From Candidatus Aenigmatarchaeota archaeon (GTDB lineage Archaea; Aenigmatarchaeota; Aenigmatarchaeia; QMZP01), in NCBI GenBank assembly GCA_017609145.1, contig JAFCEM010000001.1:1-37559 (forward strand): a DNA stretch of 37,559 bases, read 5' to 3'. Made by a program: the position numbers and the translations under genes. This document shows positions 24,986 through 35,208 of the stretch, piece by piece. The notes below the pieces were generated by a model that had not been told where the DNA came from, ran no database searches, and saw nothing but the letters and a program-made list of their open reading frames with translations. How positions within the stretch are numbered: position 1 is the first letter of the stretch; the number at the start of each line of letters is the position of its first letter.

Positions 24986-26035
24986 TCAGCCAAGAATGTT
25001 TTTTGCCGTTTGTTTTATGTCATTGAACTCATGGAATATCAAATCTTCAGCCTCTTTCTTGATAAACTCAGGCAGGCCGCACTTTGGTATATATCCAATG
25101 AGCTCAAGGAAGCCCCTACCTTTTACCTTTTTGTTTCCTATCCTGCCCTGCACTGCAAGGGGACCCTCCCAGTAGTTGACCACACCAAACAACATTTCCT
25201 GTTCCCTTACAAGCGGCTCGACATCCAGGCTTATTCCTTTGCCCGGAATCTCAATATGCCATGACAGGGGATAAGTGGCTTTTGTTCGAGGGCTTGTCCA
25301 CGTTGTTCCAGTCGGTATGAGCACGAGCCTGGAAACATTCTCTTGTTTCTCCTTTTTGTTCATTATGCACGCCATCCTGTACTTCTTTCTCCTACCGTAC
25401 TCAAAACAGAGTATGTCCGTGCCGTTGTCAAGTTGTATGGAAAACCATGTCCATTTATCCCTTTTGTATGCTACGTTTGCCCATTGGTGATCCATCCACG
25501 ACTTGCCGCTCACTTTTATATTCCTCCCGTTTATGTTTATGGTACCGTTCGTCCTGAGGTCTGTCAGGGAATAATAGTAAGTGTACCTTGGCCCGGGCAG
25601 CCTGAAAAAACCCCTGCCTCCAGTAAGCAGTGGCCTTTTCATTGATTTCATCCTGAGGTTGAGTGTACTGCTCTTCAGCCGATATTCCGAATCACCCATC
25701 TTTTCCATTACACAGTCACCGTATTTGGCAAACAGCATGGGTTTCTTGAAGTTGTTGGTGTCCGGTTTTAAGACATAGCTTATATTCGGATAACATTTCA
25801 TTCTCTTTATGTCCGAAACCATGGAATGGGTAAAAAATAAATTCCTGACCGGGAGCGGGAATTCACTTATGACAGGCAGCTTAATCCGTTTTATGTCAGC
25901 CTTGAACATTGTATTCATGAAAGCATAGCTGTTTCCTCTGTTGTCCTCAAGGTTACCGTTGAAGTACCACCACTCCACTATGTGGTTATGTTCTGATTCA
26001 TCCTGGGGGAATACAACCATTTTTAGTTCTTTCAT
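24986..26035 (-). CDS. CrtC/AttH-like (hydroxyneurosporene synthase family, lipocalin-like) protein
   Basis: 349 aa. FPQDESEHNHIVEWWYFNGNLEDNRGNSYAF... together with WMDHQWANV and VNYWEGPLAV is the AttH/CrtC N-terminal signature as I recall it. Confidence 0.65.
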   Translation of the reverse strand: MKELKMVVFPQDESEHNHIVEWWYFNGNLEDNRGNSYAFMNTMFKADIKRIKLPVISEFPLPVRNLFFTHSMVSDIKRMKCYPNISYVLKPDTNNFKKPMLFAKYGDCVMEKMGDSEYRLKSSTLNLRMKSMKRPLLTGGRGFFRLPGPRYTYYYSLTDLRTNGTININGRNIKVSGKSWMDHQWANVAYKRDKWTWFSIQLDNGTDILCFEYGRRKKYRMACIMNKKEKQENVSRLVLIPTGTTWTSPRTKATYPLSWHIEIPGKGISLDVEPLVREQEMLFGVVNYWEGPLAVQGRIGNKKVKGRGFLELIGYIPKCGLPEFIKKEAEDLIFHEFNDIKQTAKNILG

Positions 26036-26074
26036 ATATCTATATTGTCTCCGCGAAATAAAAAAATTACAAAA

Positions 26075-26084
26075 TTATTTATAG
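26075..26084 (+). promoter_or_regulatory. TATA-box candidate for leaderless aIF2-beta mRNA
   Basis: TTATTTATAG is preceded by an A-rich tract and centred about 25 nt upstream of the ATG at 26105. Confidence 0.45.
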
Positions 26085-26104
26085 ATTACCTCTCAGTATT
26101 GTTT

Positions 26105-26509
26105 ATGCAGGAATACAAAAAGCTTCTGGAAGCCGGAATGAAGAAGATAATGAAAACCGGGTCTACTGGAAGGTTTGAAGTACCCGGAGCCAGGGTTATG
26201 ATATCCGGAAGCAGGACCATATTCAACAATTTCTACGAAATAGCAAATACCCTCAGGAGGAACCCGCAGCACCTACTCAAGTTCCTGCTCAAGGAGCTGG
26301 CGACGTCCGTGGACATGCGCGAAAAGAATGTCATATTCGTAGGCAATTTCTCACAGGCACATATCGACAGGAAAATCGAGCTCTACGTGAAGAGCTATGT
26401 CCTGTGCCCGGAGTGCGGCAAGCCCGATACAAAACTGGTGAAGGAAGACAGGAACACGTTCCTCGTATGTGAGGCCTGCGGTGCGAGGCACATAGTCGCA
26501 AGGGTCTAG
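26105..26509 (+). CDS. eif2b: Translation initiation factor aIF2 beta subunit
   Basis: 134 aa from the ATG at 26105. The longer track ORF starts at a TTG at 26045 and would include the TATA box. The sequence has RFEVPGA..., NPQHLLKFLLKELAT and the C-terminal zinc ribbon CPECGKPDTKL...LVCEACGA. Confidence 0.9.
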   Translation: MQEYKKLLEAGMKKIMKTGSTGRFEVPGARVMISGSRTIFNNFYEIANTLRRNPQHLLKFLLKELATSVDMREKNVIFVGNFSQAHIDRKIELYVKSYVLCPECGKPDTKLVKEDRNTFLVCEACGARHIVARV

Positions 26510-26582
26510 TGCAGGACCAGCAGTTTTATAAAACGAAGGGTGCAATAAGAGAATAGCATATCAGGAAATAACTATTTCTTAT

Positions 26583-26780
26583 ATGTTAGATAGAAGGAGA
26601 AGAACACAAATGGGAGATTTCAGGCATGAAAGAAAACCGTTCAGAAGGGACTCCGGCCCCCACCAGATGCACAAGGCAATATGCTCCGAGTGTGGGAAGG
26701 AATGTGAGGTTCCATTCAAGCCGACAGAAGGCAGGCCGGTTTACTGCAGAGATTGCTTCATGAAGAAGCACAAGCGTTAG
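26583..26780 (+). CDS. CxxC-x17-CxxC zinc-finger domain protein
   Basis: 65 aa (or 56 aa from the internal MGDF). It has a basic N-terminus followed by CSECGKECEVPFKPTEGRPVYCRDC, which is exactly CxxC, 17 residues, CxxC. Confidence 0.7.
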   Translation: MLDRRRRTQMGDFRHERKPFRRDSGPHQMHKAICSECGKECEVPFKPTEGRPVYCRDCFMKKHKR

Positions 26781-26926
26781 TTGCATACTAATTCTTTAGT
26801 TGCAAAGGTGGATTGTTTTTTAGTTTTAATTATATCAAACCCCGGGCGGGTCGCTAATGAGCATGTAGAATCAATGTATATCACTTTTTCGGTATCTGTA
26901 TATAATTGGATTTGCAGGCTTAAATA

Positions 26927-28570
26927 TCAGTAATCATTCATCCCGCCTCCGGGGGGAGGCGTCGGGCCGCTTTCTTCCGCCTTGCCCGCGGATATCACGT
27001 CGTCTATCCTCAGTATCATCTCAGCTGCCTCTTCGGCAGACTTAATAGCCTGGAGCTTTATCTTGAGAGGCTCGATAACTCCTGACTTCAGCATGTCCTT
27101 GGTATCGCCAGATACCACGTCCAGGCCGAACGATTTGCCACCTTTTTCGTGCTCTGATATGAGAGCAGTAAGCTTGTCAATCGGATCAAGCCCAGCATTC
27201 TCGGCAAGGCTTCTCGGGATGGATTCTATGGCATCGGCGAACGCGTTTATTGCAAGCTGCTCCTTTCCACTGAAGGTCTCGGCAAACTTCCTCACATTCT
27301 TTGAGACCTCGATTTCGGGAGCCCCGCCTCCAGGGACGAATTTCCCAAGTTCCAGAGTAGCCGAAACGTCCTTGATAGCATCCTGTAAAGCGCGCTCCAC
27401 CTCGTCGACGACGTGCTCTGTGCCACCCCTGACAAGTATGGTCACTGCCTTGGGCTTTTTGCATTTCTCCACGAAAACCATCTCGTCACCTGCGATCTTC
27501 TTTTCATAGACAAGCCCCGCATACCCGAGGTCTTCCTTTGACAACTCCTTGATGTTACTGACTATTTTGGCTCCAGTGGATTTTGAGAGGGCCTTCATGT
27601 CAGATTCACTGGCTCTCCTGATAGCGAGTATCCCGGCCTTCGCGAGATAGTGTTGTGGGAGGTCGTCTATGCCCTTCTGGCAGAAAAGCACATTTGCGCC
27701 GGAGTCTATAACTTTCTGGGCCATGTCCTTAAGGGACCTCTCCTCCGCGTCCAGGAAAGACTGCAACTTCTCCGGTGTGTCAATGTCAATCTTGGAATCT
27801 ATCTCTGTCTTCTTGATCTCGAACTCAGAATTAACCAGAGCAATCCTTGCGTTCTCCACCCTCTTCGGCATGGCGGAGTGCACAACCTCCTTATCAATGA
27901 CCACACCCTCCACGAGTTCGGTGTCGCTTATGGAACCTCCCTGTTTCTTCTTTATCCTTATGTCCAATGCGTCAACCGAAACCTTGCCATCCTTTGCTTC
28001 GGCGACCATTTTTACGGCTTTCACAGCGACTGCGGCAAGCTCCTTGGACGCCTTCTCAGCAGACTTCCCTGTCATGGCAGTCCCCGCAATCTGCTCAAGC
28101 TTTTCATCATCATCGACAGAAACATCAATCCCCATTTCCTGGAGAATCTGAATGGATTTCTCTTTCGCCGCCCTGTAACCCTTGGTTATTACAGTCGGGT
28201 GTATGTTCTGGGCAATGAGTTCTCCGGCATTCTTAAGTAGCTCCCCGGCTATTACGACGGCTGTGGTTGTCCCGTCGCCAACCTCCTCGTCCTGGGTCTT
28301 GGCGACCTCGACCATCATCTTCGCCGCCGGATGCTCAATCTGCATCTGGTCAAGTATGGTGGCCCCGTCGTTTGTTATGACTATGTCGCCAATGGAATCG
28401 ATAAGCATCTTGTCCATGCCTTTCGGGCCAAGCGTTGTCCTGACGGCATCGGCGACCGCCTTTGCCGCTGCTATATTGTTTCCCTGCGCATCCCTTCCCC
28501 TGCTGCGCATGGCACTCTCCGACAATATGAATATTGGCTGTGCTCCCAGCTGAGCAACCTTGTTCGACAT
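26927..28570 (-). CDS. ths: Thermosome subunit (group II chaperonin)
   Basis: 547 aa. It has [31 protein letters not shown] and VPGGGAPE, with a G/P-rich C-terminus. A GGAGGTG Shine-Dalgarno at 28576-28582 overlaps the stop codon of the upstream regulator gene. Confidence 0.95.
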   Translation of the reverse strand: MSNKVAQLGAQPIFILSESAMRSRGRDAQGNNIAAAKAVADAVRTTLGPKGMDKMLIDSIGDIVITNDGATILDQMQIEHPAAKMMVEVAKTQDEEVGDGTTTAVVIAGELLKNAGELIAQNIHPTVITKGYRAAKEKSIQILQEMGIDVSVDDDEKLEQIAGTAMTGKSAEKASKELAAVAVKAVKMVAEAKDGKVSVDALDIRIKKKQGGSISDTELVEGVVIDKEVVHSAMPKRVENARIALVNSEFEIKKTEIDSKIDIDTPEKLQSFLDAEERSLKDMAQKVIDSGANVLFCQKGIDDLPQHYLAKAGILAIRRASESDMKALSKSTGAKIVSNIKELSKEDLGYAGLVYEKKIAGDEMVFVEKCKKPKAVTILVRGGTEHVVDEVERALQDAIKDVSATLELGKFVPGGGAPEIEVSKNVRKFAETFSGKEQLAINAFADAIESIPRSLAENAGLDPIDKLTALISEHEKGGKSFGLDVVSGDTKDMLKSGVIEPLKIKLQAIKSAEEAAEMILRIDDVISAGKAEESGPTPPPGGGMNDY

Positions 28571-28581
28571 GAAACCACCTC

Positions 28582-28998
28582 CTAAATAATATCTCTTTTT
28601 TCCCTTACAGGAAGCATGAATTCCCTGTCAATATCTTCCGCTATCTCCCTAATGGACTTCATCACCCTTTCCAGATCAAGTTCAATCTCGTCCACAACCT
28701 TCCGGAGACTCCTCATCCTGAGTTCGAACATTCCATCTTCCTTTATAATAAGACCTGAGTTTATCATTGTCTTGATATGGTGTATGACTGCGGTCCTGCT
28801 GACGTTTACCTTCTCTGAAAGATCTTCTGCGCTTATGCCGCTGTTCTTTGCCTTTAGTATGCTCTTGAATATTTTCAGGCCTGTCTTTTCTTTATCCCTT
28901 TTACCCAAAAGGCCCAAAGAGCTGCAGAACCATTCAATATCGTTTTCCATATCTTTTTCAACGGGCTGTCTCAAAGAACGTACTGTTATCTGTTTCAT
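28582..28998 (-). CDS. Winged helix-turn-helix transcriptional regulator (candidate heat-shock regulator)
   Basis: 138 aa. [36 protein letters not shown] is an ArsR/MarR-like wHTH. It lies 11 nt upstream of the thermosome gene and divergent from hsp20. Confidence 0.65.
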   Translation of the reverse strand: MKQITVRSLRQPVEKDMENDIEWFCSSLGLLGKRDKEKTGLKIFKSILKAKNSGISAEDLSEKVNVSRTAVIHHIKTMINSGLIIKEDGMFELRMRSLRKVVDEIELDLERVMKSIREIAEDIDREFMLPVREKRDII

Positions 28999-29266
28999 GA
29001 TAATATATTGGAGCGTAATCTTTAAATATTTTAACTATTAATATAATATCTGAAATAGTCAGTAAATATCCAAAATGTGCATGTGAGTAGTGCATTATGT
29101 ATGAATGTCGACTGTAATAACACTCCTAGGGCGTTCGTACATAAACAAATACCCGTAGATGCTGCAGGAAAGGAGGCCAAACCCCTCTGGAGGTTATCCA
29201 GCTTAAGATGTTGGTCTTGGCGGCCTGTAGTACGTTTCTCAGGAATGTAAAACAGGAGGATTGCTT

Positions 29267-29290
29267 TCAGGTGTTTGGTTATTCACCTGA
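29267..29290 (+). promoter_or_regulatory. Perfect 7-bp hairpin or inverted repeat upstream of hsp20
   Basis: TCAGGTG-tttggttatt-CACCTGA lies about 50 nt upstream of the hsp20 ATG and just upstream of its GGAGGTG SD (29326-29332). A second partner, TCTCAGG (29237-29243), can pair with CCTGAGA (29286-29292). Confidence 0.3.
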
Positions 29291-29339
29291 GACAGCTTTG
29301 GCGTCGCGGGTATGATTTAAAATATGGAGGTGGATTGAA

Positions 29340-29816
29340 ATGGCAAAAAAATGGAGCATTTGGAACGAGATGAGAGAGATACAGAACCAGATGGATAATC
29401 TGTTCGGCAGGTTCTTCGGTCAGCAGCCTCTGACAACAGGCCTTTTGCCTGGACCAGAAACCTCTTTGGCTGATAAGGATTTCAGGCAACCACTCGCCGA
29501 CGTGATTGACAAGAAAGATGAAATCGTAGCAAAGATAGAGATGCCCGGCATTGACAAGAAAGACATCGAGATAAACCTAACCGAGGATGGCATCGAGATA
29601 AAGGCCGAAAAAAAAGAGGAGTACAAAGAAGAGGATAAGAAGACCGGAAGGCACAGGTTCGAGAGAAGCTATGCCGGCTTTTACAGGTATTTCGGCCTCC
29701 CGAAAGGCGTGGACATAGATAAAGTAGAGGCGACATGCAGGAACGGCATCCTTGAGCTGAGGATCCCGAAAAAAGAGGGCCATAAGGAGAAAGTGAAGAA
29801 GATAGAGGTCAGGTAA
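29340..29816 (+). CDS. hsp20: Small heat-shock protein, Hsp20/alpha-crystallin family
   Basis: 158 aa. It has the alpha-crystallin domain PLADVIDKKDEIVAKIEMPGIDKKDIEINLTEDGIEIKAE...ERSYAGFYRYFGLPKGVDIDKVEATCRNGILELRIPK. Confidence 0.92.
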   Translation: MAKKWSIWNEMREIQNQMDNLFGRFFGQQPLTTGLLPGPETSLADKDFRQPLADVIDKKDEIVAKIEMPGIDKKDIEINLTEDGIEIKAEKKEEYKEEDKKTGRHRFERSYAGFYRYFGLPKGVDIDKVEATCRNGILELRIPKKEGHKEKVKKIEVR

Positions 29817-29858
29817 TCACGTTGGTAGTATATCTACCAATTATTGTTATGTGGTCAG

Positions 29859-30377
29859 ATGAAAAGGAAGCAGAAAACAGGAAAAGAAAACTATCGCATA
29901 AAGAAGGAGCTTGAGGAGAAGTCTAAGCTTGCGGATGAAAGGCTGAGCCAGATAAGATACCTGCAGGCTGACTTTGATAATTACAAGAAGAATTTGGACA
30001 AACAGAGAGTTCAGTTCGAAACAACTGCCAACCAGAGGCTGATAACCAAATTGCTGCCTATTATAGACGACTTGGAGGCGGCTGTGGAGAAGTCAGGCAA
30101 CAAAGAGGCGCAGGAAGGCTACAGTATCATACTCAGGAAGCTATTGGATGTGCTGTTAAAAAGCGGTCTCAAACCAATAGAGTCGGTTGGGAAGAAATTC
30201 GACCCGTATTACCACGAAGCCATTATGAGCACGGAATCTGACAAGTCTGAAGGAACCGTGCTGGAGGAACTGCAGAAGGGATATATGTTCCATTCGAACG
30301 TCATAAGGCATTCGAAAGTCAAAGTGGCAAAAAATAAAAAACCTAAACATAAAAAAGGATATGATGATCATGGGTGA
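29859..30377 (+). CDS. grpE: Nucleotide exchange factor GrpE
   Basis: 172 aa from the ATG at 29859 (the track ORF starts at a TTG at 29844). It has [11 protein letters not shown], ...LLPIIDDLE... and [12 protein letters not shown]...[16 protein letters not shown]. Confidence 0.9.
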   Translation: MKRKQKTGKENYRIKKELEEKSKLADERLSQIRYLQADFDNYKKNLDKQRVQFETTANQRLITKLLPIIDDLEAAVEKSGNKEAQEGYSIILRKLLDVLLKSGLKPIESVGKKFDPYYHEAIMSTESDKSEGTVLEELQKGYMFHSNVIRHSKVKVAKNKKPKHKKGYDDHG

Positions 30378-32310
30378 AGAAAAAGAAACTAAGAAAGAGA
30401 AGATAATCGGGATAGACCTCGGGACTTCAAACTCCCAGGCAGCGGTAATCATAGGAGGGAAGCCGACAATAATCCCGTCGGCTGAGGGAGCCACGGTAGC
30501 GGGAAAGATGTTCCCTTCTGTTGTGGCATTCACGAAGGACGGGCAGATACTGGTAGGAGAACCTGCGAGAAGGCAGGCCGTCTCAAACACAGAAGGCACT
30601 GTGATGGGCGCCAAGAGGAAGATGGGAAAAGATTTCAAGTACAATATCCGCGGCAAGGAGTACACCCCCCAGCAGATTTCCGCATTCATACTCCAGAAGA
30701 TAAAGAGGGACGCCGAGGACTTTATTGGAGAGAAAGTCAGCAAAGCAGTCATTACAGTCCCTGCCTATTTTGATGACAACCAGAGGACCGCAACAAAGGA
30801 TGCCGGCAGGATTGCTGGCCTGGACGTGGTGAGGCTTGTCAATGAGCCAACGGCAGCAGCCATGGCTTATGGAATAAACAAAAAGGGTGAGGAGCATAAG
30901 ATAATGGTTTTCGATTTCGGGGGCGGTACACTCGATGTAACCATAATGGAATACGGCGACGGAACTTTCACCGTGCTCTCCACATCAGGCGACACCCAGC
31001 TCGGTGGAAGGGATATGGACGAGGCCCTCATGAAATATATTATCGATGACTTTAAGTCAAGGGAAGACTTTGACATCAACAACGACGATATGGCCATGCA
31101 GAGAGTAAGGGAAGCTGCAGAAAAGGCAAAGATAGAGCTTTCCACGACATTGGACACTGACATAAACATTCCTTACATAACATCCACGGACAAGGGACCG
31201 AAACACCTCAACATGAAGATAACAAGGTCTCAGATGGAAAAGCTCGTCATGCCCATAATAGAGAAATGCAGGTACCCGATGGAGCAGGCCATAAAGGACG
31301 CTAAGCTTAGCAAAGATAAAATTGACAAGATCATAATGGTGGGCGGGCCCACGAGGATGCCTGCCGTGCGCAAATTTGTCGAGGACTTCGTTGGGAAGAA
31401 AGTCGAGGGTGGGGTCGACCCCATGGAGTGCGTCGCTTTGGGGGCTGCAATACAGGGTGGCGTGCTTGCCGGGGATGTCAAGGACATAGTCCTGCTCGAT
31501 GTTACCCCGTTGACATTGGGAATTGAGACGCTTGGCGAGGTCATGACACCGCTTATAGACAGGAATACGACCATACCTGTCAAGAAAAAGAAAACGTTCT
31601 CCACTGCAGCGGACTACCAGTCAGCGGTCACGATCCATGTCCTCCAGGGAGAGAGGAGCATGGCAAAGGACAACACAAGCCTCGGAAAATTCAACCTTGA
31701 AGGCATACCTCCGGCACCGAGGGGAATACCTCAGATAGAGGTCACGTTCGACATAGACGCGTCAGGAATACTCAATGTTTCTGCAAAAGACCTGGGAACA
31801 GGGAAGGAGCAGAAGATCACAATCACGGCCTCCACAAAGTTGTCTGACGATGAAATAGAGAAGATGGTGCAGGACGCAAAGGAACACGAGGAAGAAGACA
31901 AAAGGAATAAGGAGGAGGCAGAGGCAAGAAACAATGCTGACACGCTTGTCTACACTACCGAGAAGACACTTTCAGAGATAGGGGATAAGATATCAAAAGA
32001 GCAGAAGGAGAAAATAGAGAAATCAATGAAAGAGCTGAAAGAGGCGCTTTCCGGCAGCGACATAGAAAAAATCAAAAAGGAATCCGAGAACCTGCAGAAG
32101 GTCGTGGGGGAGGCAGGGGCATCCATCTATCAGGAAGCCATGAAAAAACAGGCCGAAGACGCTGCAAAGAGAGCTGCCGAGGGCAAAAAGGAAGAAAATA
32201 CCGAAGACGAAAAACCCGGGAAAAAAAGGTCAAGTGACGAGAAAGTGGTTGACGCCGAATACGAGGTAAAGAACGATGGGAAGAAGAAAAAGAGCAAGGG
32301 GGAGAAGTAA
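30361..32310 (+). CDS. dnaK: Molecular chaperone DnaK (Hsp70)
   Basis: 649 aa. It has [19 protein letters not shown]-like [18 protein letters not shown] and [12 protein letters not shown], with a K/E-rich tail. The start overlaps the grpE stop, and alternative ATGs are at 30364 and 30370. Confidence 0.95.
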   Translation: MMIMGEEKETKKEKIIGIDLGTSNSQAAVIIGGKPTIIPSAEGATVAGKMFPSVVAFTKDGQILVGEPARRQAVSNTEGTVMGAKRKMGKDFKYNIRGKEYTPQQISAFILQKIKRDAEDFIGEKVSKAVITVPAYFDDNQRTATKDAGRIAGLDVVRLVNEPTAAAMAYGINKKGEEHKIMVFDFGGGTLDVTIMEYGDGTFTVLSTSGDTQLGGRDMDEALMKYIIDDFKSREDFDINNDDMAMQRVREAAEKAKIELSTTLDTDINIPYITSTDKGPKHLNMKITRSQMEKLVMPIIEKCRYPMEQAIKDAKLSKDKIDKIIMVGGPTRMPAVRKFVEDFVGKKVEGGVDPMECVALGAAIQGGVLAGDVKDIVLLDVTPLTLGIETLGEVMTPLIDRNTTIPVKKKKTFSTAADYQSAVTIHVLQGERSMAKDNTSLGKFNLEGIPPAPRGIPQIEVTFDIDASGILNVSAKDLGTGKEQKITITASTKLSDDEIEKMVQDAKEHEEEDKRNKEEAEARNNADTLVYTTEKTLSEIGDKISKEQKEKIEKSMKELKEALSGSDIEKIKKESENLQKVVGEAGASIYQEAMKKQAEDAAKRAAEGKKEENTEDEKPGKKRSSDEKVVDAEYEVKNDGKKKKSKGEK

Positions 32311-32347
32311 TTCTTTCGGAGAAAATGAAAGGCACAGGGTTGATTAG

Positions 32348-33337
32348 ATGCATGACAGTGAAATAAAAGAACTTAACAAAAAATCCGAAGCGTATTCAAA
32401 AGAAACAGAAAAGATACTTGCAGAATTAAAAAGAGTGATAGTAGGCCAAGACTACGTCATGGAAAGGGTCCTCATGGCGTTGATTGCTGACGGCCACGTG
32501 CTTATAGAAGGGATGCCAGGCCTTGCCAAGACCCTTATGATAAGCACGCTTTCCAAGACAATGGACACCGCGTTCAGGAGAATACAGTTCACCCCCGACA
32601 TGTTGCCTGCTGATATAATAGGGACAAAGATATACAACCATAATACAGGGAACTTTACCACAAAAAGGGGGCCAGTATTCACCAACTTCATTCTTGCGGA
32701 CGAAATAAACAGGGCACCTCCCAAGGTTCAGAGCGCGCTTCTCGAGGCCATGCAGGAAAGACAGGTAACGATATCGGGCGAGACATACCCTCTTGAAAAA
32801 CCGTTCCTCGTTTTGGCCACACAAAACCCCATAGAGACCGAAGGGACTTACAGGCTTCCTGAAGCCCAGGTTGACAGGTTCATGTTCAAGCTGCTCATGG
32901 GATACCCAGAACACCACGAAGAGGTTGAAATAGTCAACAGGATGACCGAAGGCAAAAACCCGTCTGTGAGCATGGCCATTTCAAGGCGGAAGATACTGGA
33001 ACTGCAGGGCTTCTGCCCTAAGATATACGCTGACGAGAAAATCAAGAATTATGCGGCTTCGCTTGTTCATGCCACACGAAAGCCCGAGGAATACGGACTT
33101 GACCTTAATGGTCTGATCGAATACGGGGCGTCTCCCAGGGCGTCAATATGGCTGATTCTCGGAGGCAAAGCCCATGCCCTGATAAACGGAAGGGGTTATG
33201 TCAAGCCGGAGGATATCAAGGCGATAGCACCAGATGTCCTAAGACACAGGGTGATGCTGACCTACGAAGCCGAGGCAGAAGAGATGACGCCCGACAATGT
33301 GATAGAAAAGGTAGTGAAGGCTGTCAGAATTCCTTAG
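32348..33337 (+). CDS. moxR: MoxR-family AAA+ ATPase
   Basis: 329 aa. It has Walker A EGMPGLAKT, RIQFTPDMLPADIIG, Walker B ILADEINRAPPKVQSALLEAMQE and ATQNPIE.EGTY.LPEAQ.DRF. Confidence 0.92.
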   Translation: MHDSEIKELNKKSEAYSKETEKILAELKRVIVGQDYVMERVLMALIADGHVLIEGMPGLAKTLMISTLSKTMDTAFRRIQFTPDMLPADIIGTKIYNHNTGNFTTKRGPVFTNFILADEINRAPPKVQSALLEAMQERQVTISGETYPLEKPFLVLATQNPIETEGTYRLPEAQVDRFMFKLLMGYPEHHEEVEIVNRMTEGKNPSVSMAISRRKILELQGFCPKIYADEKIKNYAASLVHATRKPEEYGLDLNGLIEYGASPRASIWLILGGKAHALINGRGYVKPEDIKAIAPDVLRHRVMLTYEAEAEEMTPDNVIEKVVKAVRIP

Positions 33338-33363
33338 ATGTTTCTTCAGCGGAGACATTGAAC

Positions 33364-34254
33364 ATGACTGAGGCAAGAGATTTGCTTAGGAGAATCAGAA
33401 GGATTGAAATAAAAACAAGGGGTCTTGTCGAGGGCCTGATGCAGGGAGCGTATTACTCCATATTCAAGGGAAGGGGCATCGAATTCTCGGAGGTCAGGGA
33501 ATACCAGTACGGGGATGACATAAGGACGATAGACTGGAACGTTACAGCTCGCATGAACCACCCGTTCGTAAAGGAATTCGTTGAGGAGAGGGACCTGACT
33601 GTGATGATATTTTTTGACGTTTCAGGTTCCATAGATTTCGGCACCCAGGACATGCTGAAAAAGGAGGCCGCTGTCGAGCTGATAGCGAGCATCGCCTTCT
33701 CCGCGGTACGGAACAACGACAGAGTGGGGCTGCTTCTCGCGACAAACAGGATTGAGAAATACATAGCCCCCAGAAAAGGCAAGAGACACGCAATGAGGAT
33801 AATCAGAGAGATGCTGTACTACGAGCCAAAGGAGAGGGGAACAGACCTTGAAAAAACACTCACTCACCTCTCGAAAGTCATGAAAAGGAGGGGAGTGATA
33901 TTCATAGTATCTGATTTCATGGACAGCATGGATAAGCTGGAAAAGCCGATAAGGATACTAAGGAAAAAGCATGACATGATAGCCATAAGGATATCCGACT
34001 TGAGAGAGTCTGAAATCCCTGACGTAGGTCAAGTTGAGCTTGAGGACGGAGAAACGGGCGAGTGTATGACAATAGATACCTCTGATCCAGATTTCAGGAA
34101 TAACTTTTCCAGGCTCGTATCCGAAAGGGACGAAAAGTTCAGGAAATTCATGAAGTCCAACAGGATGGATTTCATACAGATACCGGCTTCCGGTGAATGG
34201 GGAAAAGCCGCTGTCAAGTTTTTTAGGGAAAGGGCAAGGAGGTGCGGGGTATGA
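33364..34254 (+). CDS. DUF58 domain protein (MoxR-associated, VWA-like)
   Basis: 296 aa from the ATG at 33364. It has ...FKGRGIEFSEVREYQYGDDIRTIDWNVTAR...FVKEFVEERDLTVMIFFDVSGS. The longer track ORF (from 33148) overlaps moxR out of frame and is rejected. Confidence 0.85.
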   Translation: MTEARDLLRRIRRIEIKTRGLVEGLMQGAYYSIFKGRGIEFSEVREYQYGDDIRTIDWNVTARMNHPFVKEFVEERDLTVMIFFDVSGSIDFGTQDMLKKEAAVELIASIAFSAVRNNDRVGLLLATNRIEKYIAPRKGKRHAMRIIREMLYYEPKERGTDLEKTLTHLSKVMKRRGVIFIVSDFMDSMDKLEKPIRILRKKHDMIAIRISDLRESEIPDVGQVELEDGETGECMTIDTSDPDFRNNFSRLVSERDEKFRKFMKSNRMDFIQIPASGEWGKAAVKFFRERARRCGV

Positions 34255-35198
34255 ACTTCGCAAACCCTCTTTGGTTTCTTGCCATGGCATTGGTGCCTTT
34301 GTTGGTCTATTTCTACCTGCTGGCGCAGAGGAAAAAGAAAAAACTCACTCTCAGGTTCAGTTCTCTAAACCTCCTGAAGAAGGCGGTGGGAAAGAAAAAA
34401 ACAGTGGACAGAGACAAAGTGCTTTTTGTTTTGGTTCTTGCCATATTCGCTTTGATGATAACCGCTTTAGCCGACCCTCACATACCACTCGAACAGACAA
34501 AGGAAGGCGCAAACATAGTGCTTGCCATAGACGTCTCCGGCTCCATGCAGGCGACAGACTACAAGCCGAACAGAGTGGAGGCTGCTAAACAGTCATCGGA
34601 ACTGCTCATAAACCAGCTGAATCCGGGCGACCTTGTGGGCATTGTGATATTCTCGGACGGCGCGACAACGTCATCTTACCTTACCCCGCTTAAGCAGAAG
34701 GCCATCGAAAAGCTCAAGTCGATCCAGGCCAAGGAGGGGGCGACCGCAATAGGTGACGGGCTTTCGCTTGCGATAGACATGGCGATATCCATTCCGAGCA
34801 AGAAGAATGTCGTCATACTTCTTTCGGATGGTGTGAACAACGCCGGTGTGGTATCTCCAGAAGAGGCAATACAGTTCGCTAAAACGAACAACATACAGGT
34901 ATATACAGTAGGTATGGGTTCCGAGGAGCCAGTACTGCTCGGTTATGACTTCTTCGGCAGGCCGCAGTATGCTGAACTCGACGAGGCGACCTTGAAGAAT
35001 ATAGCAGAGAGCACGGGAGGGGAATATTTCAAGTCAGTTAACGAGAAAACCCTGGCCGACATATATTCAAAGCTTCCGGAAAAGATAGAGAGGGAGCTTG
35101 AGGATACTTCCATAAAGGACTGGTTCATACTGGCGGCGATTGTGGTGTTTTCAGTATGGATATACCTCAAATACTGGAGGTTCAGGTCGCTCCCCTGA
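34251..35198 (+). CDS. batA: VWA domain membrane protein, BatA-like
   Basis: 315 aa from the ATG at 34251, which lies 6 nt after the GGAGGTG at 34238-34244. It has MNFANPLWFLAMALVPLLVYFY, the MIDAS motif AIDVSGSMQATDYKPNRVEAAK and a C-terminal TM segment. It overlaps the DUF58 stop by 4 nt. Confidence 0.88.
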   Translation: MNFANPLWFLAMALVPLLVYFYLLAQRKKKKLTLRFSSLNLLKKAVGKKKTVDRDKVLFVLVLAIFALMITALADPHIPLEQTKEGANIVLAIDVSGSMQATDYKPNRVEAAKQSSELLINQLNPGDLVGIVIFSDGATTSSYLTPLKQKAIEKLKSIQAKEGATAIGDGLSLAIDMAISIPSKKNVVILLSDGVNNAGVVSPEEAIQFAKTNNIQVYTVGMGSEEPVLLGYDFFGRPQYAELDEATLKNIAESTGGEYFKSVNEKTLADIYSKLPEKIERELEDTSIKDWFILAAIVVFSVWIYLKYWRFRSLP

Positions 35199-35208
35199 GG
35201 TGATGCTT

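Noticed and set aside
26045-26104. TTG-initiated N-terminal extension of aIF2-beta (MSPRNKKITKLFIDYLSVLF...).
   Set aside because: It would place the TATA-like box TTATTTATAG inside the coding region. The ATG at 26105 gives a normal-length aIF2-beta.
33148-33363. The long version of the DUF58 ORF (368 aa from 33148), with an Arg/Gly/Asp-rich N-terminal extension.
   Set aside because: The extension overlaps the 3' end of moxR in another frame and has odd composition. Recognisable DUF58 sequence begins only at MTEARDLLRRI (ATG at 33364), directly after the moxR stop.
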